From positions 777-64,776 of the forward strand of contig DASTBA010000084.1 of the NCBI GenBank assembly GCA_035712285.1: a stretch of DNA of 64,000 nt, given 5' to 3'. This DNA comes from Gemmatimonadales bacterium. GTDB taxonomy: Bacteria; Gemmatimonadota; Gemmatimonadetes; Gemmatimonadales; GWC2-71-9. The position numbers and the translations under genes were made by a program. The notes beneath the pieces are model-generated. The model searched no databases. It had not been told where the DNA came from and saw nothing but the letters and a program-made list of their open reading frames with translations. This document shows, piece after piece, positions 55,226-64,000 of the stretch (the first letter of the stretch is position 1; each line of letters opens with the position of its first letter).

Positions 55226-55438
55226 ATGGCTCGCATCATCGGCACGGTGAAGTGGTTCAATGACGCGAAGGGCTTCGGCTTCATCACGCCCGAGAACGGG
55301 GACAAGGACTGCTTTGTCCATCACACCGCCATCAAGATGGACGGCTTCCGGACGCTCGCCGAGGGCGAGCGGGTGGAGTTCGACATCGTGCAGGGTGCGA
55401 AGGGCCCGGCGGCGGAAAACGTCACCAAGCCCAAGTAA
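55226..55438 (+). CDS. cspA: cold-shock protein (CspA family)
   Basis: [36 protein letters not shown] (RNP1/RNP2 motifs). It is preceded by a ~200-nt leader containing a 9-bp hairpin (55171-55197). Confidence 0.9.
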   Translation: MARIIGTVKWFNDAKGFGFITPENGDKDCFVHHTAIKMDGFRTLAEGERVEFDIVQGAKGPAAENVTKPK

Positions 55439-55457
55439 GCTCGCCGTCACGTCACGA

Positions 55458-55489
55458 CAGAAGGGGCGGCCACCTGGCCGCCCCTTCTG
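55458..55489. terminator. bidirectional hairpin between cspA and infA
   Basis: cagaaggggcggcc-acct-ggccgccccttctg, a perfect 14-bp stem. Confidence 0.7.
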
Positions 55490-55507
55490 CATTTCCCCGG
55501 GATCCCG

Positions 55508-55726
55508 CTACTTGTGGCGGTAGGTCACGCGGCCGCGCGTGAGGTCGTACGGCGAGAGCACGACGCTCACCCGGTCGCCCTCGAGCACGCGGATCTTGAA
55601 CTTGCTCATCTTGCCGGCGGCGTATGCGAGAATGGTATGGCCGTTGTCCAGCTGCACCCGGTAGTTGCGGTCGGGCAGGACTTCGGTCACCACGCCTTCC
55701 ATCTCGATGCCTTCTTCCTTCGCCAT
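55508..55726 (-). CDS. infA: translation initiation factor IF-1
   Basis: From ATG 55726: [72 protein letters not shown]. The ORF-track 264-aa version is an upstream over-extension. Confidence 0.9.
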   Translation of the reverse strand: MAKEEGIEMEGVVTEVLPDRNYRVQLDNGHTILAYAAGKMSKFKIRVLEGDRVSVVLSPYDLTRGRVTYRHK

Positions 55727-55823
55727 TCGGGCACTCCACAAGGGTCGGGAACGCGGAGCCGGCCCAGGAGGCCGGCCCGGAACAGGGACAAGAGTCGCAT
55801 GTTTGTGCCCGGAAGGCAACCGA

Positions 55824-57533
55824 TCACGCCGCCCCGAGCGCCTGCCGGAGCCGGGCCATCCGCTCCTCCACCTCCGCCACGAGTGCTGCCAGGTCTCCGG
55901 CGTCGAAGGTGAGCCGTACCCCCGCCGCCCGATAGAGTTCGGGCAGCGGACGGGTGGCGCCGAGCGCCAGTCCGCGGCGGTACTGCCGGATGGCGGCCGC
56001 ACGGTCGCGCCGGGCATTGCGCCACACCTGCAGGGCGCCCAGCTGCGCAATGCCGTACTCGATGTAGTAGAACGGATAGATGAAGATGTGCAGCTGGCGG
56101 TACCAGCGCGCCACCCGTGCATCCGTGAGTCCGGTCCAGTCCACGCCGCGCTCGAACCGCGCGCGGATATCCAGCCAGGCCCGGTCCCGTGCCGCCGCAT
56201 CCTCACCGAGGTTGCTGGTGTAGATCCACGTCTGGAACGCATCCACCGATGCCACGTGCGCGAGCGTGAGCAGCACATCCTCGAGATGCTCCAGCTCCGC
56301 ACTCGCGGCGTGGGGCGCGTCGTAGAAACCGGCGGGGTCGGCCAGAAACGGCGCAGCCAGGAGTTCCATGGACATGCTGGCCAGCTCGCACGCCTCCGAA
56401 CCGGGATGCCGCTGCCAGGTGTACGGATGCCCGCGGGCGGCGAGCGCGTGAAAGGCGTGGCCGGCCTCGTGCAGGAGCGTCATCACGTCCTCCGGCACGC
56501 CGGCGGCATTCATGAAAATGAACGGCCGCCCCTGGTACTCCAGCGTGGCGCAGTATCCACCCGGGCTCTTGCCGCGCCGGCTGTCCAGGTCGAGCAGCTT
56601 CGCGTCACGAAGCAGCTGGAATTCCGCGCCCAGCCCCGGATCCACCGCCGCAAAGGCGCGCTGGGCCCGTTGCGCGAGCTCCTCGCCGTCGCGGAACGGC
56701 GCCGGGCCGTCGGGAAGCCACGGGTCCACCTGCGTGTCCCACGGCCGGAGCGTTGCGAGCCCGAGCCTGGTGCGGCGCGCCTCCAGTACCCGCTCCACCG
56801 CGGGCACGACCACCTGCTCGATGGCATCGTGCAGCCGCTCGCAGTCCGCAGGCGTGTAGTCGAACCGGTGATAGGCCGGGAAGACGTAGTCGCGGAAGTT
56901 GCCGAAGCCGGCGTTCCGGGCCACCCGCTGGCGCAGTTCCACCATCCGGTCCAGAATGCCCGCGAGCTGGTCCCGCTGCTCCAGGTACGGCTGCGACATC
57001 GCATGAAACGCCCGTTCCCGCACGGCGCGATCGTCGCGCTTGAGGAACGGCTGGAGCCGGGGCAGCGGCAGCGCCTGCCCCTCCCACTCCGCCGTCATTC
57101 CGCCCGTGGCATGCTGGTACTCGGTGGCGAGACCCTCGAGCGTGGCCTGCAGCGGGACGTTGGCCTCGCGGAAGATGTCGCTGTCGGCCTGGAAGCGCTG
57201 CAAGGCGGTCTCGAGGCCAGGGCGCGTGAGGCCGCTCGCGAGCAGCCGGCGGGCGAGACCGACGCTCTTTTCCCCCGCCTGCGGAAGGATCTCGGTCGAG
57301 AACCGGCGGTGGGCCGCCTCCCTCGCCGCGTCCGCCGTGTCGCAGGTATACGCGATCATGGCTTGCGTGGCCGCCTCGGCCAGCAGCGATTCCAGCGTGG
57401 ACCAGTCGGCGAGCCACTCGTCCAAACCGTGATCGTCCAGCGGCGCCTCGGCGAGCGCCGCGTAGCAGGGCTCGATGTCTGCCCAGGTGCTGTCGGCCCA
57501 GAGCTCGGGCGATGCTGGAAGGCTGGCGATCAC
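55824..57533 (-). CDS. pepF: M3-family oligoendopeptidase (PepF-like)
   Basis: 569 aa. HEAGHAFH zinc motif and a downstream Glu (EACELASM). Confidence 0.8.
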   Translation of the reverse strand: MIASLPASPELWADSTWADIEPCYAALAEAPLDDHGLDEWLADWSTLESLLAEAATQAMIAYTCDTADAAREAAHRRFSTEILPQAGEKSVGLARRLLASGLTRPGLETALQRFQADSDIFREANVPLQATLEGLATEYQHATGGMTAEWEGQALPLPRLQPFLKRDDRAVRERAFHAMSQPYLEQRDQLAGILDRMVELRQRVARNAGFGNFRDYVFPAYHRFDYTPADCERLHDAIEQVVVPAVERVLEARRTRLGLATLRPWDTQVDPWLPDGPAPFRDGEELAQRAQRAFAAVDPGLGAEFQLLRDAKLLDLDSRRGKSPGGYCATLEYQGRPFIFMNAAGVPEDVMTLLHEAGHAFHALAARGHPYTWQRHPGSEACELASMSMELLAAPFLADPAGFYDAPHAASAELEHLEDVLLTLAHVASVDAFQTWIYTSNLGEDAAARDRAWLDIRARFERGVDWTGLTDARVARWYRQLHIFIYPFYYIEYGIAQLGALQVWRNARRDRAAAIRQYRRGLALGATRPLPELYRAAGVRLTFDAGDLAALVAEVEERMARLRQALGAA

Positions 57534-57570
57534 GCGCGGTCCCCGGAAAATGTCCGGGCGGAAGATAGCG

Positions 57571-58809
57571 TCACGTGGGAATGGCCGTTTCCCCGGTCGG
57601 GGTGTCGGGCACGTCGGACCTGGGCGCCACGCGCATGGCCAGCAGCGTGACGAACCCGATCAGCGTGGCGGCGAGATAGAAGGGCCAGCCGTGGCCGAGC
57701 GACTGGAACGCCCGGTTGCTCGCCACCGGGCCGATCGAGCGCGCCACGCCGGCGAAGGTCTGCGCCACACCCATGGTCACGCCCAGTTCCGCGCGGGGCA
57801 CCTGACCCGAGATCAGCGCCGTCGTGCTCGGGAAGAGCAATGCGGTACCGATCGGCACCAGCGGCATGACCACGATGGCCAGCACCCAGATGTTGTGCGC
57901 CGCCGGGTAGAGGAGCAGGCCCAGGATGAGCGCGACGCAGCCCAGGCGCATCGTTCCCCGTTCGCCCAGCCGGTCCACGATCGGCCCCAGCAGGAGGATG
58001 CGCATCACCAGGGAGAGCGCCCCGAAGTACGTGAGGAAGTAGCCGAAGGTGCGCTCGTTGACGCCGAACTCGGCGTTCAGGTAGATCGGCAGCACGCCGG
58101 TGAGCGCGGCGAACGCCAGCATGCCGGTGCCGTAGATCCAGATGAGCCGCGAGACCGGGGCATCGGGATGCAGGAAGGTGTGCACCGCCGGTGCCCAGAT
58201 CGGGCGCCGGGCACGCACGGCGCCGGGCTCCGGTTCGTGGCGGGATTCCGGAAGCCAGCGCCAGGCGAAGAGCGCGTTGAGGATGCAGAGCCCGGCGGCG
58301 ATGAGTCCCGGTGCGGCGGTGCCGAGATGCCCCGCGAAGGTGCCCAGGATCGGGCCCACGATCACGCCGGCGGAGCTGGCGGAGGAGAGCCAGCCCAGCG
58401 CCCGCGCGCGGTCCGCCGGGCGCACCGTATCCGCCACGTAGGCCTGGGCCACGCCGGTGGTGCCGCCGCCGGCACCCTGCACGAGGCGGGAGACAAAGAG
58501 CAGCAGCAGCGAGTTGGCGAAGGCGAACACGATGTAGGCGAGGGCGGCCGCGGACAGCCCGATGAGGAGTGCCGGCCGCCGGCCGTACCGGTCGCTGACG
58601 CGGCCCCAGAGCGGCGCGGAAACGAGCTGGGCAATGGAGAACGCCGCCAGGATCCAGCCGACCTGCGTCGGCGTCGCGTGCATCCGGAGTGCGTAGAACG
58701 GCAGGACCGGCAGGACCAGCATGAAGCCGATCATGTCCACGAACGCGACGCCGATCAGCACATTGAGCTGGCGGAACTCCTCCCGCTGGGTGCCGCGGCC
58801 GGAGCTCAC
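57571..58809 (-). CDS. MFS transporter
   Basis: 12-TM pattern, and GRVSDRYGRRPALL (MFS motif A between TM2 and TM3). ATGA overlap with the ABC permease stop. Confidence 0.8.
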   Translation of the reverse strand: MSSGRGTQREEFRQLNVLIGVAFVDMIGFMLVLPVLPFYALRMHATPTQVGWILAAFSIAQLVSAPLWGRVSDRYGRRPALLIGLSAAALAYIVFAFANSLLLLFVSRLVQGAGGGTTGVAQAYVADTVRPADRARALGWLSSASSAGVIVGPILGTFAGHLGTAAPGLIAAGLCILNALFAWRWLPESRHEPEPGAVRARRPIWAPAVHTFLHPDAPVSRLIWIYGTGMLAFAALTGVLPIYLNAEFGVNERTFGYFLTYFGALSLVMRILLLGPIVDRLGERGTMRLGCVALILGLLLYPAAHNIWVLAIVVMPLVPIGTALLFPSTTALISGQVPRAELGVTMGVAQTFAGVARSIGPVASNRAFQSLGHGWPFYLAATLIGFVTLLAMRVAPRSDVPDTPTGETAIPT

Positions 58810-60455
58810 TCCACCCTCCGCTGGCCGGCACCCAGGGCAAAGACGGCGGCGCTCACCAGCATGAGCACCACCCCGTATGCGGCGGCCACGCCCACATCCG
58901 ACTGGCGAAGGCTGGAGAGGATTTCAAGCGAGACCGGCCTCGTGTCATAGGTGTACAGCACGACGGAGGTGACGAAGTCCCCGAAGGCAGTGACGAAGGC
59001 GAGCGTGGCGCCGGCCACGATGGCGGGCCGGAGCAGCGGCAGCGTAACCCGCCGCAGCGTGCGCGTGCGCCCCGCGCCGAGGGAAGCGGAGGCCTCGCCG
59101 AGGGAGGGATCCAGGCCCCGGAAACCGGCCAGGATGGCCCGGCTCGCGATGGGCAGGTTCCGGATGAGGTACGCCAGCGGCAGGAGCCAGAGCGTGCCCA
59201 CCAGAACAAACCGGAGCGCCAGCGGTTCCCGCACGCTGAAGGCGGCGGCGAGCGCGATGGCGAACACGGTACCTGGCACCGCCCACGGCACCGCCAGGAG
59301 ATTCTCGATCAGTGTGCCGAGGCGATGCTTCCGCCGCGTGGTGAGGATGCCGGCGACGAGGGCGACCAGCAGCGCCCCCCCGGTGGCGAGGAGCGCCATC
59401 CAGAGACTGTTCACCAGCGGGCGGGCACGGACCGGATCATCCAGCAGGGCGAGGTAGTTGCCCCAGGTATACGCCGGCGGGAACGACTGCGTCGTCCAGG
59501 TGCCGACCGGCACGAACGACACCAGCAGCAGCGTGAGGTGCGGCAGGAGCAGCACCAGGGCGACCAGCCAGCCCAGGGCGGCAATCCCCACCCGCAATCC
59601 CCGGCTCCGCACCGGCACCGGCCTCGGCGCGGTGCCCTTCGAGCCGCCCGACAGGTCGTGGCGATCCGAGCGGTTGAGCAGCCAGAGACCGGCCAGCGCC
59701 AGGATGGTGAGTGCGATCGTCTCCACCATCGCGAGCCCGTCGTCCCCGTTGAGCCGCGTGGACACGATCTGCGTGGTCATGACACGGAACCCGCCGCCGA
59801 AGATGTACGGCGCGCTGAAGGACGCCAGCGCCGTCATGAACGTGAGCAGCGCGGCGCCCACCAGCTGGGGGCGGAGCAGCGGCAGGATCACGCGCCGCAG
59901 CGTGCGCCAGCGGCTGGCGCCGAGGCTGGCCGACGCTTCCCACACCGCCGCGTCAATCCCGGCGAGCCCCGCCCGCGTGAACAGGTAGAAGTACACGTAC
60001 ATCGAGTAGCCGTGCACCAGGAGGATGGCTCCCGCTCCCTCCAGGCGCCAGGGCGCCGCGTCGAGCGAGAAGAGGCGCATGACGAGATGCGCGATGAATC
60101 CCGACTCCCCGAAGAGAAACAGGAACGCGACCACGCCCACGAGCGGCGGCAGCACGGCGGGGAGCGCCACCATGGCCCCCAGCCACCGGCGGCCGGGAAA
60201 TTCGTAGCGCTCGAAGAAATAGGCGAGCGGAATGCCGAGGAGGGCCGCCAGCAGCACCGAGACCACCGCGATCCAGAGACTGCCCCACAGGGCCGAAAGT
60301 TCCGTGGGACGCGCGACGAACGCCCGCACGTGGTCGAGGGTCCAGCCCCCGTGCTCGCGCAGTCCTCCCACGAGGGTGAGCAGCAGCGGGTATGCCACCA
60401 GCCAGAGCAGTACCGCGGCAAGCAGCGCACTGCCCCAGCGCCGTGAGCGGGTCAC
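58806..60455 (-). CDS. ABC transporter permease, duplicated (two-module) Fe(3+)/thiamine-type
   Basis: 549 aa with two internal MetI-like modules, each with an EAA-type loop (EASASLGASRWRTLRRVILP and EASASLGAGRTRTLRRVTLP). GTGA overlap with the ATPase stop. Confidence 0.85.
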   Translation of the reverse strand: MTRSRRWGSALLAAVLLWLVAYPLLLTLVGGLREHGGWTLDHVRAFVARPTELSALWGSLWIAVVSVLLAALLGIPLAYFFERYEFPGRRWLGAMVALPAVLPPLVGVVAFLFLFGESGFIAHLVMRLFSLDAAPWRLEGAGAILLVHGYSMYVYFYLFTRAGLAGIDAAVWEASASLGASRWRTLRRVILPLLRPQLVGAALLTFMTALASFSAPYIFGGGFRVMTTQIVSTRLNGDDGLAMVETIALTILALAGLWLLNRSDRHDLSGGSKGTAPRPVPVRSRGLRVGIAALGWLVALVLLLPHLTLLLVSFVPVGTWTTQSFPPAYTWGNYLALLDDPVRARPLVNSLWMALLATGGALLVALVAGILTTRRKHRLGTLIENLLAVPWAVPGTVFAIALAAAFSVREPLALRFVLVGTLWLLPLAYLIRNLPIASRAILAGFRGLDPSLGEASASLGAGRTRTLRRVTLPLLRPAIVAGATLAFVTAFGDFVTSVVLYTYDTRPVSLEILSSLRQSDVGVAAAYGVVLMLVSAAVFALGAGQRRVE

Positions 60456-61534
60456 GGGGCGTCCGGATCGGCAAAGAGGTGCAAGCCACCACCGCCCCGT
60501 CGGGATGGCAGGATGCCCACGGCATCACCGGCCTGGGCTGCGTGCGGAGAACCGGCAACTTCCACCTCGTGCCCTCCCGGCACGGCAACGATGTAGACCG
60601 CGCCCGAGCCGGTGAAGCGCCGCCGGATTACTTCGCCGGGGATTGCGCCGGGACCAGGCCGCGAGAGATACAGTGCCTCCGGGCGGGCAAAGAGCCAGGC
60701 CGCACCGGACGCCGACGGAGCGCGGGCGCCGGGGATATCCCATCGCACGCCGTTCACGTCCACCAGCGCGCCATGATCCGACCGGCTCACGATGGTCACC
60801 GGAAGCGCGCTGGAACGGCCGATGAACCGCGCCACGAACGGCACCGCCGGCCGGCTGTAGAGCTCTTCACCGGGCCCTTCCTGCTCCAGCCGCCCGCGGC
60901 GCAAGAGGGCGATGCGGTCACCCAGGTCGAAGGCCTCGTCCTGCTCGTGGGTGACGAACACCGCGGTGATGCCGAGGCGATGGATGAGCTCGCGCAGCTC
61001 GCCACGGGTGCGCTCGCGGAGTGCGGGGTCGAGATTGGAGAGCGGTTCATCCAGCAGCAGCACCCGGGGCTCCGGCGCCAGCGCGCGCGCCAGGGCCACG
61101 CGCTGCTGCTGGCCGCCGGAGAGCTGGCTGATGCGGCGCGCCTCGTAGCCCGCCAGGTCCACCATCTCCAGCGCCTGGGCCACGCGCCGCGTCAGCGCGT
61201 CGCCCCGCACGCCGGCGGATTCCAGTCCATAGGCGACATTCGCCGCCACGTCGAGGTGCGGAAAGAGCGCATAATGCTGGAACACCATCCCGAACCGCCG
61301 CTGCGCCGGTGGCAGATGCGTCACATCGGCGCCGCCGACCCGCACCGCCCCGGCATCCGGCTGCTCGAAACCCGCGATCAGCCGCAGCAGCGTGGTCTTG
61401 CCGCTGCCGCTGGGCCCGAGCAGCGCCAGGATGCCGCCGGCCGGCACGGTGAGTGACACATCCGCCACCGCCTGTACCTCGCCGAAACGCTTGGCAAGCT
61501 GGTCAAGAACCAATTCCGCGCCGGTCTCGCTCAT
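60452..61534 (-). CDS. ABC transporter ATP-binding protein (CysA/PotA/FbpC-like with C-terminal TOBE-like domain)
   Basis: From ATG 61534 (ATGA overlap): GPSGSGKTT, LSGGQQQRVALARAL, LLLDEP and VTHEQ. Confidence 0.9.
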   Translation of the reverse strand: MSETGAELVLDQLAKRFGEVQAVADVSLTVPAGGILALLGPSGSGKTTLLRLIAGFEQPDAGAVRVGGADVTHLPPAQRRFGMVFQHYALFPHLDVAANVAYGLESAGVRGDALTRRVAQALEMVDLAGYEARRISQLSGGQQQRVALARALAPEPRVLLLDEPLSNLDPALRERTRGELRELIHRLGITAVFVTHEQDEAFDLGDRIALLRRGRLEQEGPGEELYSRPAVPFVARFIGRSSALPVTIVSRSDHGALVDVNGVRWDIPGARAPSASGAAWLFARPEALYLSRPGPGAIPGEVIRRRFTGSGAVYIVAVPGGHEVEVAGSPHAAQAGDAVGILPSRRGGGGLHLFADPDAP

Positions 61535-62562
61535 GGGTGCTCGGCTCGCCGGCCGGTGTTCCGCACATGCTGGTCCCAGTAGGACATCCACGCGCTGCCC
61601 TCGCGCGTGAGCAGCGGCCAGTCCATCGGTGCCACGACCATCTTGCGTTCCACCTCCGTGACCCAGGCGGGGACCTGGGCGGGATCGAGATCGGCGCGGG
61701 CCGGAAGGCGGAAGACCTTGGCGGCTGTCAGCGCCACCGCCTCCTTGCCGCCGACGTAGTCGATGAACACGCGGGCCGAATCGGCATGGCGGGCGCCGCG
61801 CACCAGACCGATGGCATCGTCGATCACCACCGTCCCGCTCCGCGGGAAGACGTAGCCGAAGGGCATGCCCTTGCCTTCGCTGATCAGGATGTCGGGAAGA
61901 TCCCAGAGCGTCACGAGCCCTTCCCGCCGCATCAGCTTCTCGTCGAGAATGGCGGGATTCAGGGTGTAGGCGGCGGTCTGCGCGTCGAGCCGCCGGAGCC
62001 AGCGCATGCCGGCCGCGGTGTCCCCGGTCTGGTGCAGGCTCCGCTCGATGATGAGGCCCCAGATGGCCCGCATCGTTCCGCTCGCCATGGGATCGCGAAT
62101 GAGCACCTTGCCCCGCCATTTCGGTTCCAGCACCTCGTCCCAGTCCTGCGGGGCGGAGTCGGGAGGCACCGCATCGCGGTTGAAGGCGATGATGGCGGGA
62201 GTCCGATACACCGGGAAATAGAGATTCTGGGGCTGTACCCCGTTGGGGCCCACGGCATCGGCCCAGGAGGGGCGGTACGGCTGCAGGAGCGAATCGAGAA
62301 TGCCGCGGTCGAAGATCGAGGTGGGGCCGCCGAACCAGACGTCCGCCTGCGGGTTCACCCGCTCGAAGCGCAGGCGATCCAGAATTTCCTGGCTTCCCAT
62401 GTCCAGCCAGCGCACGTCGATGCCGGGATGCAGCCGCTCGAATGCCTTCTCGAGCAGCACCAGCTGATCCCGCCCATGGGGTGAATACACCACCACCGGC
62501 GTCCGGCCGTCACCACAGGCGGCGCAGGTGACGGCCAGGACGCAGAGGAGCCCGCGGATCAC
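61531..62562 (-). CDS. periplasmic solute-binding lipoprotein (Fe(3+)-type family 1 SBP)
   Basis: GTG 62562 (GTGA overlap) gives VIRGLLCVLAVTCAAC (lipobox), then VVVYSPHG...DVWFGGP. Confidence 0.75.
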   Translation of the reverse strand: MIRGLLCVLAVTCAACGDGRTPVVVYSPHGRDQLVLLEKAFERLHPGIDVRWLDMGSQEILDRLRFERVNPQADVWFGGPTSIFDRGILDSLLQPYRPSWADAVGPNGVQPQNLYFPVYRTPAIIAFNRDAVPPDSAPQDWDEVLEPKWRGKVLIRDPMASGTMRAIWGLIIERSLHQTGDTAAGMRWLRRLDAQTAAYTLNPAILDEKLMRREGLVTLWDLPDILISEGKGMPFGYVFPRSGTVVIDDAIGLVRGARHADSARVFIDYVGGKEAVALTAAKVFRLPARADLDPAQVPAWVTEVERKMVVAPMDWPLLTREGSAWMSYWDQHVRNTGRRAEHP

Positions 62563-64000
62563 GGGACCGATGAACGCTTGAGCGCCAGCAGATTGGCAAA
62601 GAGCCGGAACGCCCCGGGAACGCCGGCAGGAAGCTCGCGGAAGAAGGCGAGGCCGGTGTACACGTACTGCCCGCGCCCGACCGGTGCCACTAGCAGCGAG
62701 CCATCCAGTTCCGGCTCGCCCGGATCGCGCAGGCCGAGCAGCGGCCGGTAGCCTGGGTCCCAGGTGTGCGCGAAGTAGAGCCCCCGTTCCTGGATCCATC
62801 CGTTCCAGTCCGGTGCGGCGATGCGGTTCGGCGTGGTGAAGGCGGGAGCGTCCGGCTCCAGCAGGCGCACCGGCGAATGTTCGTCCGTCACCCGGTCGTG
62901 CGGCGAGGCGATCGTCAGCGGCAGGGCCGCGAAGTTCCCCCGCACGAACTGATACTGCTGGTACTGCACGATCATGAGGCCGCCGGCCCGCACATAGTCC
63001 AGCAGCCGCCGGTTCTGCTGCACCAGCGCGGAATCCACCTCGTACGCCCTCGGCCCGATGACGATGGCGTCGTAGCGGCTCAGGTCCCCGTTGGCGAGCT
63101 GATCCGGCGTCAGCAGTTCCACCGGCACGCCGGCGGCCGCCAGCGACTCGGGTACCCGGTCCGCCGCCCCCCGCACGTAGCCGATGCGCGCCACCTGCGG
63201 CAGCGCCAGCGGCGCGATGACCACCGAGACCGCCGCCGGCACCAGCCACGAACGGGGGCGCACGTGCTCGTACCGGAGGGTGCGCTGGCCGGCATCGAAC
63301 CGGCGGCCATCGTCGGCCACCGCCACGGCCCGCACCGTGAAGCGCCCGGTGTCGGCCGACGCCGGAAGATTCACCACGAAGGCGAAGTCGGCCCGTTCGC
63401 CTTCCCGCGCAAACGCGAATGGCTGGGGTGCCGGTTCCCGCCAGCCACGGGGAACCTGCAGCGTCACCTGGCCGCGAAGCGCATCATGCCCGGCGTACGC
63501 CACCGACACCTGCAGCGCCAGTGCATGCGCGGCCCCGGCCGGCAGCAACACCGTGTCACGGTCCACCCTGACATCCAGCATGGGCTCGACAGTGACCGGC
63601 GACCGGATCTCGCCGGATGCCTGGTCGTTGCTCCGGATCGAGACTTCGCGCTCGACCGCGGTCACGCCGCCCGGCAGCGTGAAGCGCGCCCGCAGGACCG
63701 GGGGCTCGAAGGGATCGCCCCACGATGCCCTGGCGCTGGCAGGCCACCGGTAGAGATCGCCGTCGCGCGGCAGTTCCAGGTAGTACGGTGTGGAGGGCGC
63801 GGCGTCCGCCGGAATAGTGACCGCCCAATCGCGGCTGGCGAGCGCACCTGGCGCCACTCGCTCCGGGCCCGCCGATGCCGGCGTCACCTGCCAGCCCGGC
63901 GGCGTGCCGAGCGAGTCCCGCACCGGCATCGCTTCGTCCCCGCCATTCGCCACGGTCGTCGTCACACCGAGGCGCTGGCCCGCGGTCACGTGATCGTCGT
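62559..64000 (-). CDS. C-terminal part of a large protein (frame stays open past the window end); last ~230 aa look like a ThuA / class-I glutamine-amidotransferase-like fold
   Basis: The frame has no stop up to 64000, and the residues upstream of the ORF-track GTG continue as ..DDH. The C-terminal IGYVRGAADRV...YDAIVIGPRAY...GGLMIVQYQ is a ThuA-like pattern. The function call is weak. Confidence 0.5.
   Translation of the reverse strand, partial: DDHVTAGQRLGVTTTVANGGDEAMPVRDSLGTPPGWQVTPASAGPERVAPGALASRDWAVTIPADAAPSTPYYLELPRDGDLYRWPASARASWGDPFEPPVLRARFTLPGGVTAVEREVSIRSNDQASGEIRSPVTVEPMLDVRVDRDTVLLPAGAAHALALQVSVAYAGHDALRGQVTLQVPRGWREPAPQPFAFAREGERADFAFVVNLPASADTGRFTVRAVAVADDGRRFDAGQRTLRYEHVRPRSWLVPAAVSVVIAPLALPQVARIGYVRGAADRVPESLAAAGVPVELLTPDQLANGDLSRYDAIVIGPRAYEVDSALVQQNRRLLDYVRAGGLMIVQYQQYQFVRGNFAALPLTIASPHDRVTDEHSPVRLLEPDAPAFTTPNRIAAPDWNGWIQERGLYFAHTWDPGYRPLLGLRDPGEPELDGSLLVAPVGRGQYVYTGLAFFRELPAGVPGAFRLFANLLALKRSSVP

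Noticed and set aside
55020-55226. A small ORF or sRNA in the 200-nt region before cspA (ORF-track 55036..55224 and the extension from 55124).
   Set aside because: Long structured 5' leaders are typical of cold-shock genes. The candidate ORFs lack coding bias. I report only the hairpin at 55171-55197 as part of the leader.

Overview
This is a 64 kb, roughly 70% GC bacterial chromosomal segment. It is very densely packed, with about 60 CDS and one tRNA. Many neighbouring genes share 4-nt or 1-nt start/stop overlaps (ATGA, GTGA, TGATG), so most of the window reads as long, translationally coupled operons.

All family calls come from motif reading of the supplied translations. No database search was run. 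Most long ORFs antisense to these genes are GC-driven shadow frames.

Content in order:
- a partial small exported protein
- tRNA-Ala(UGC)
- a lipoprotein copper nitrite reductase (NirK-like)
- a seven-gene haem operon, hemB-hemL-hemY-hemC-hemD-hemE-hemF
- a divergent four-gene operon: SPT-like alpha-oxoamine synthase, GNAT-like acyltransferase, SDR reductase and PAP2_3 membrane transferase
- a cupredoxin lipoprotein
- a Cys-rich protein with an ECF sigma / ZAS anti-sigma pair
- a complete Alternative Complex III operon (actABCDEF)
- an operon of TrmJ-like methyltransferase, PilT-like ATPase, small repeat protein, GNAT and dehydrogenase
- dinB
- a Ser/Thr kinase followed by a free-standing paralog of its own ectodomain
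- tetR, acyl-CoA dehydrogenase and queF
- YidB-like, DUF3761-like and M28 peptidase genes
- gltA and speA
- a hypothetical gene with an M50/CBS protease
- a haem-c/Cu-monooxygenase-like/TPR lipoprotein followed by two small unknown proteins and a thermonuclease
- an SRPBCC-YfcH fusion
- queC, queE, an HD-like protein and a 5'-nucleotidase
- GGDEF, CGNR and a tandem pseudokinase-kinase
- cspA, infA and pepF
- an operon of a large protein, an Fe(3+)-type ABC transporter and an MFS transporter

I found no rRNA, CRISPR array, transposase, integrase or prophage genes.

Most interesting candidates:
- the putative bacterial ceramide/sphingolipid operon
- two perfect TTGTGA-N6-TCACA(A) CRP/FNR-type palindromes in front of respiratory genes
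- two families of repeated hairpin elements
- the GGDEF-CGNR-pseudokinase/kinase operon
- the kinase plus ectodomain-paralog pair
- a possible membrane-anchored RNase-toxin-like protein with an immunity-like partner

Lineage cannot be determined from this window alone.
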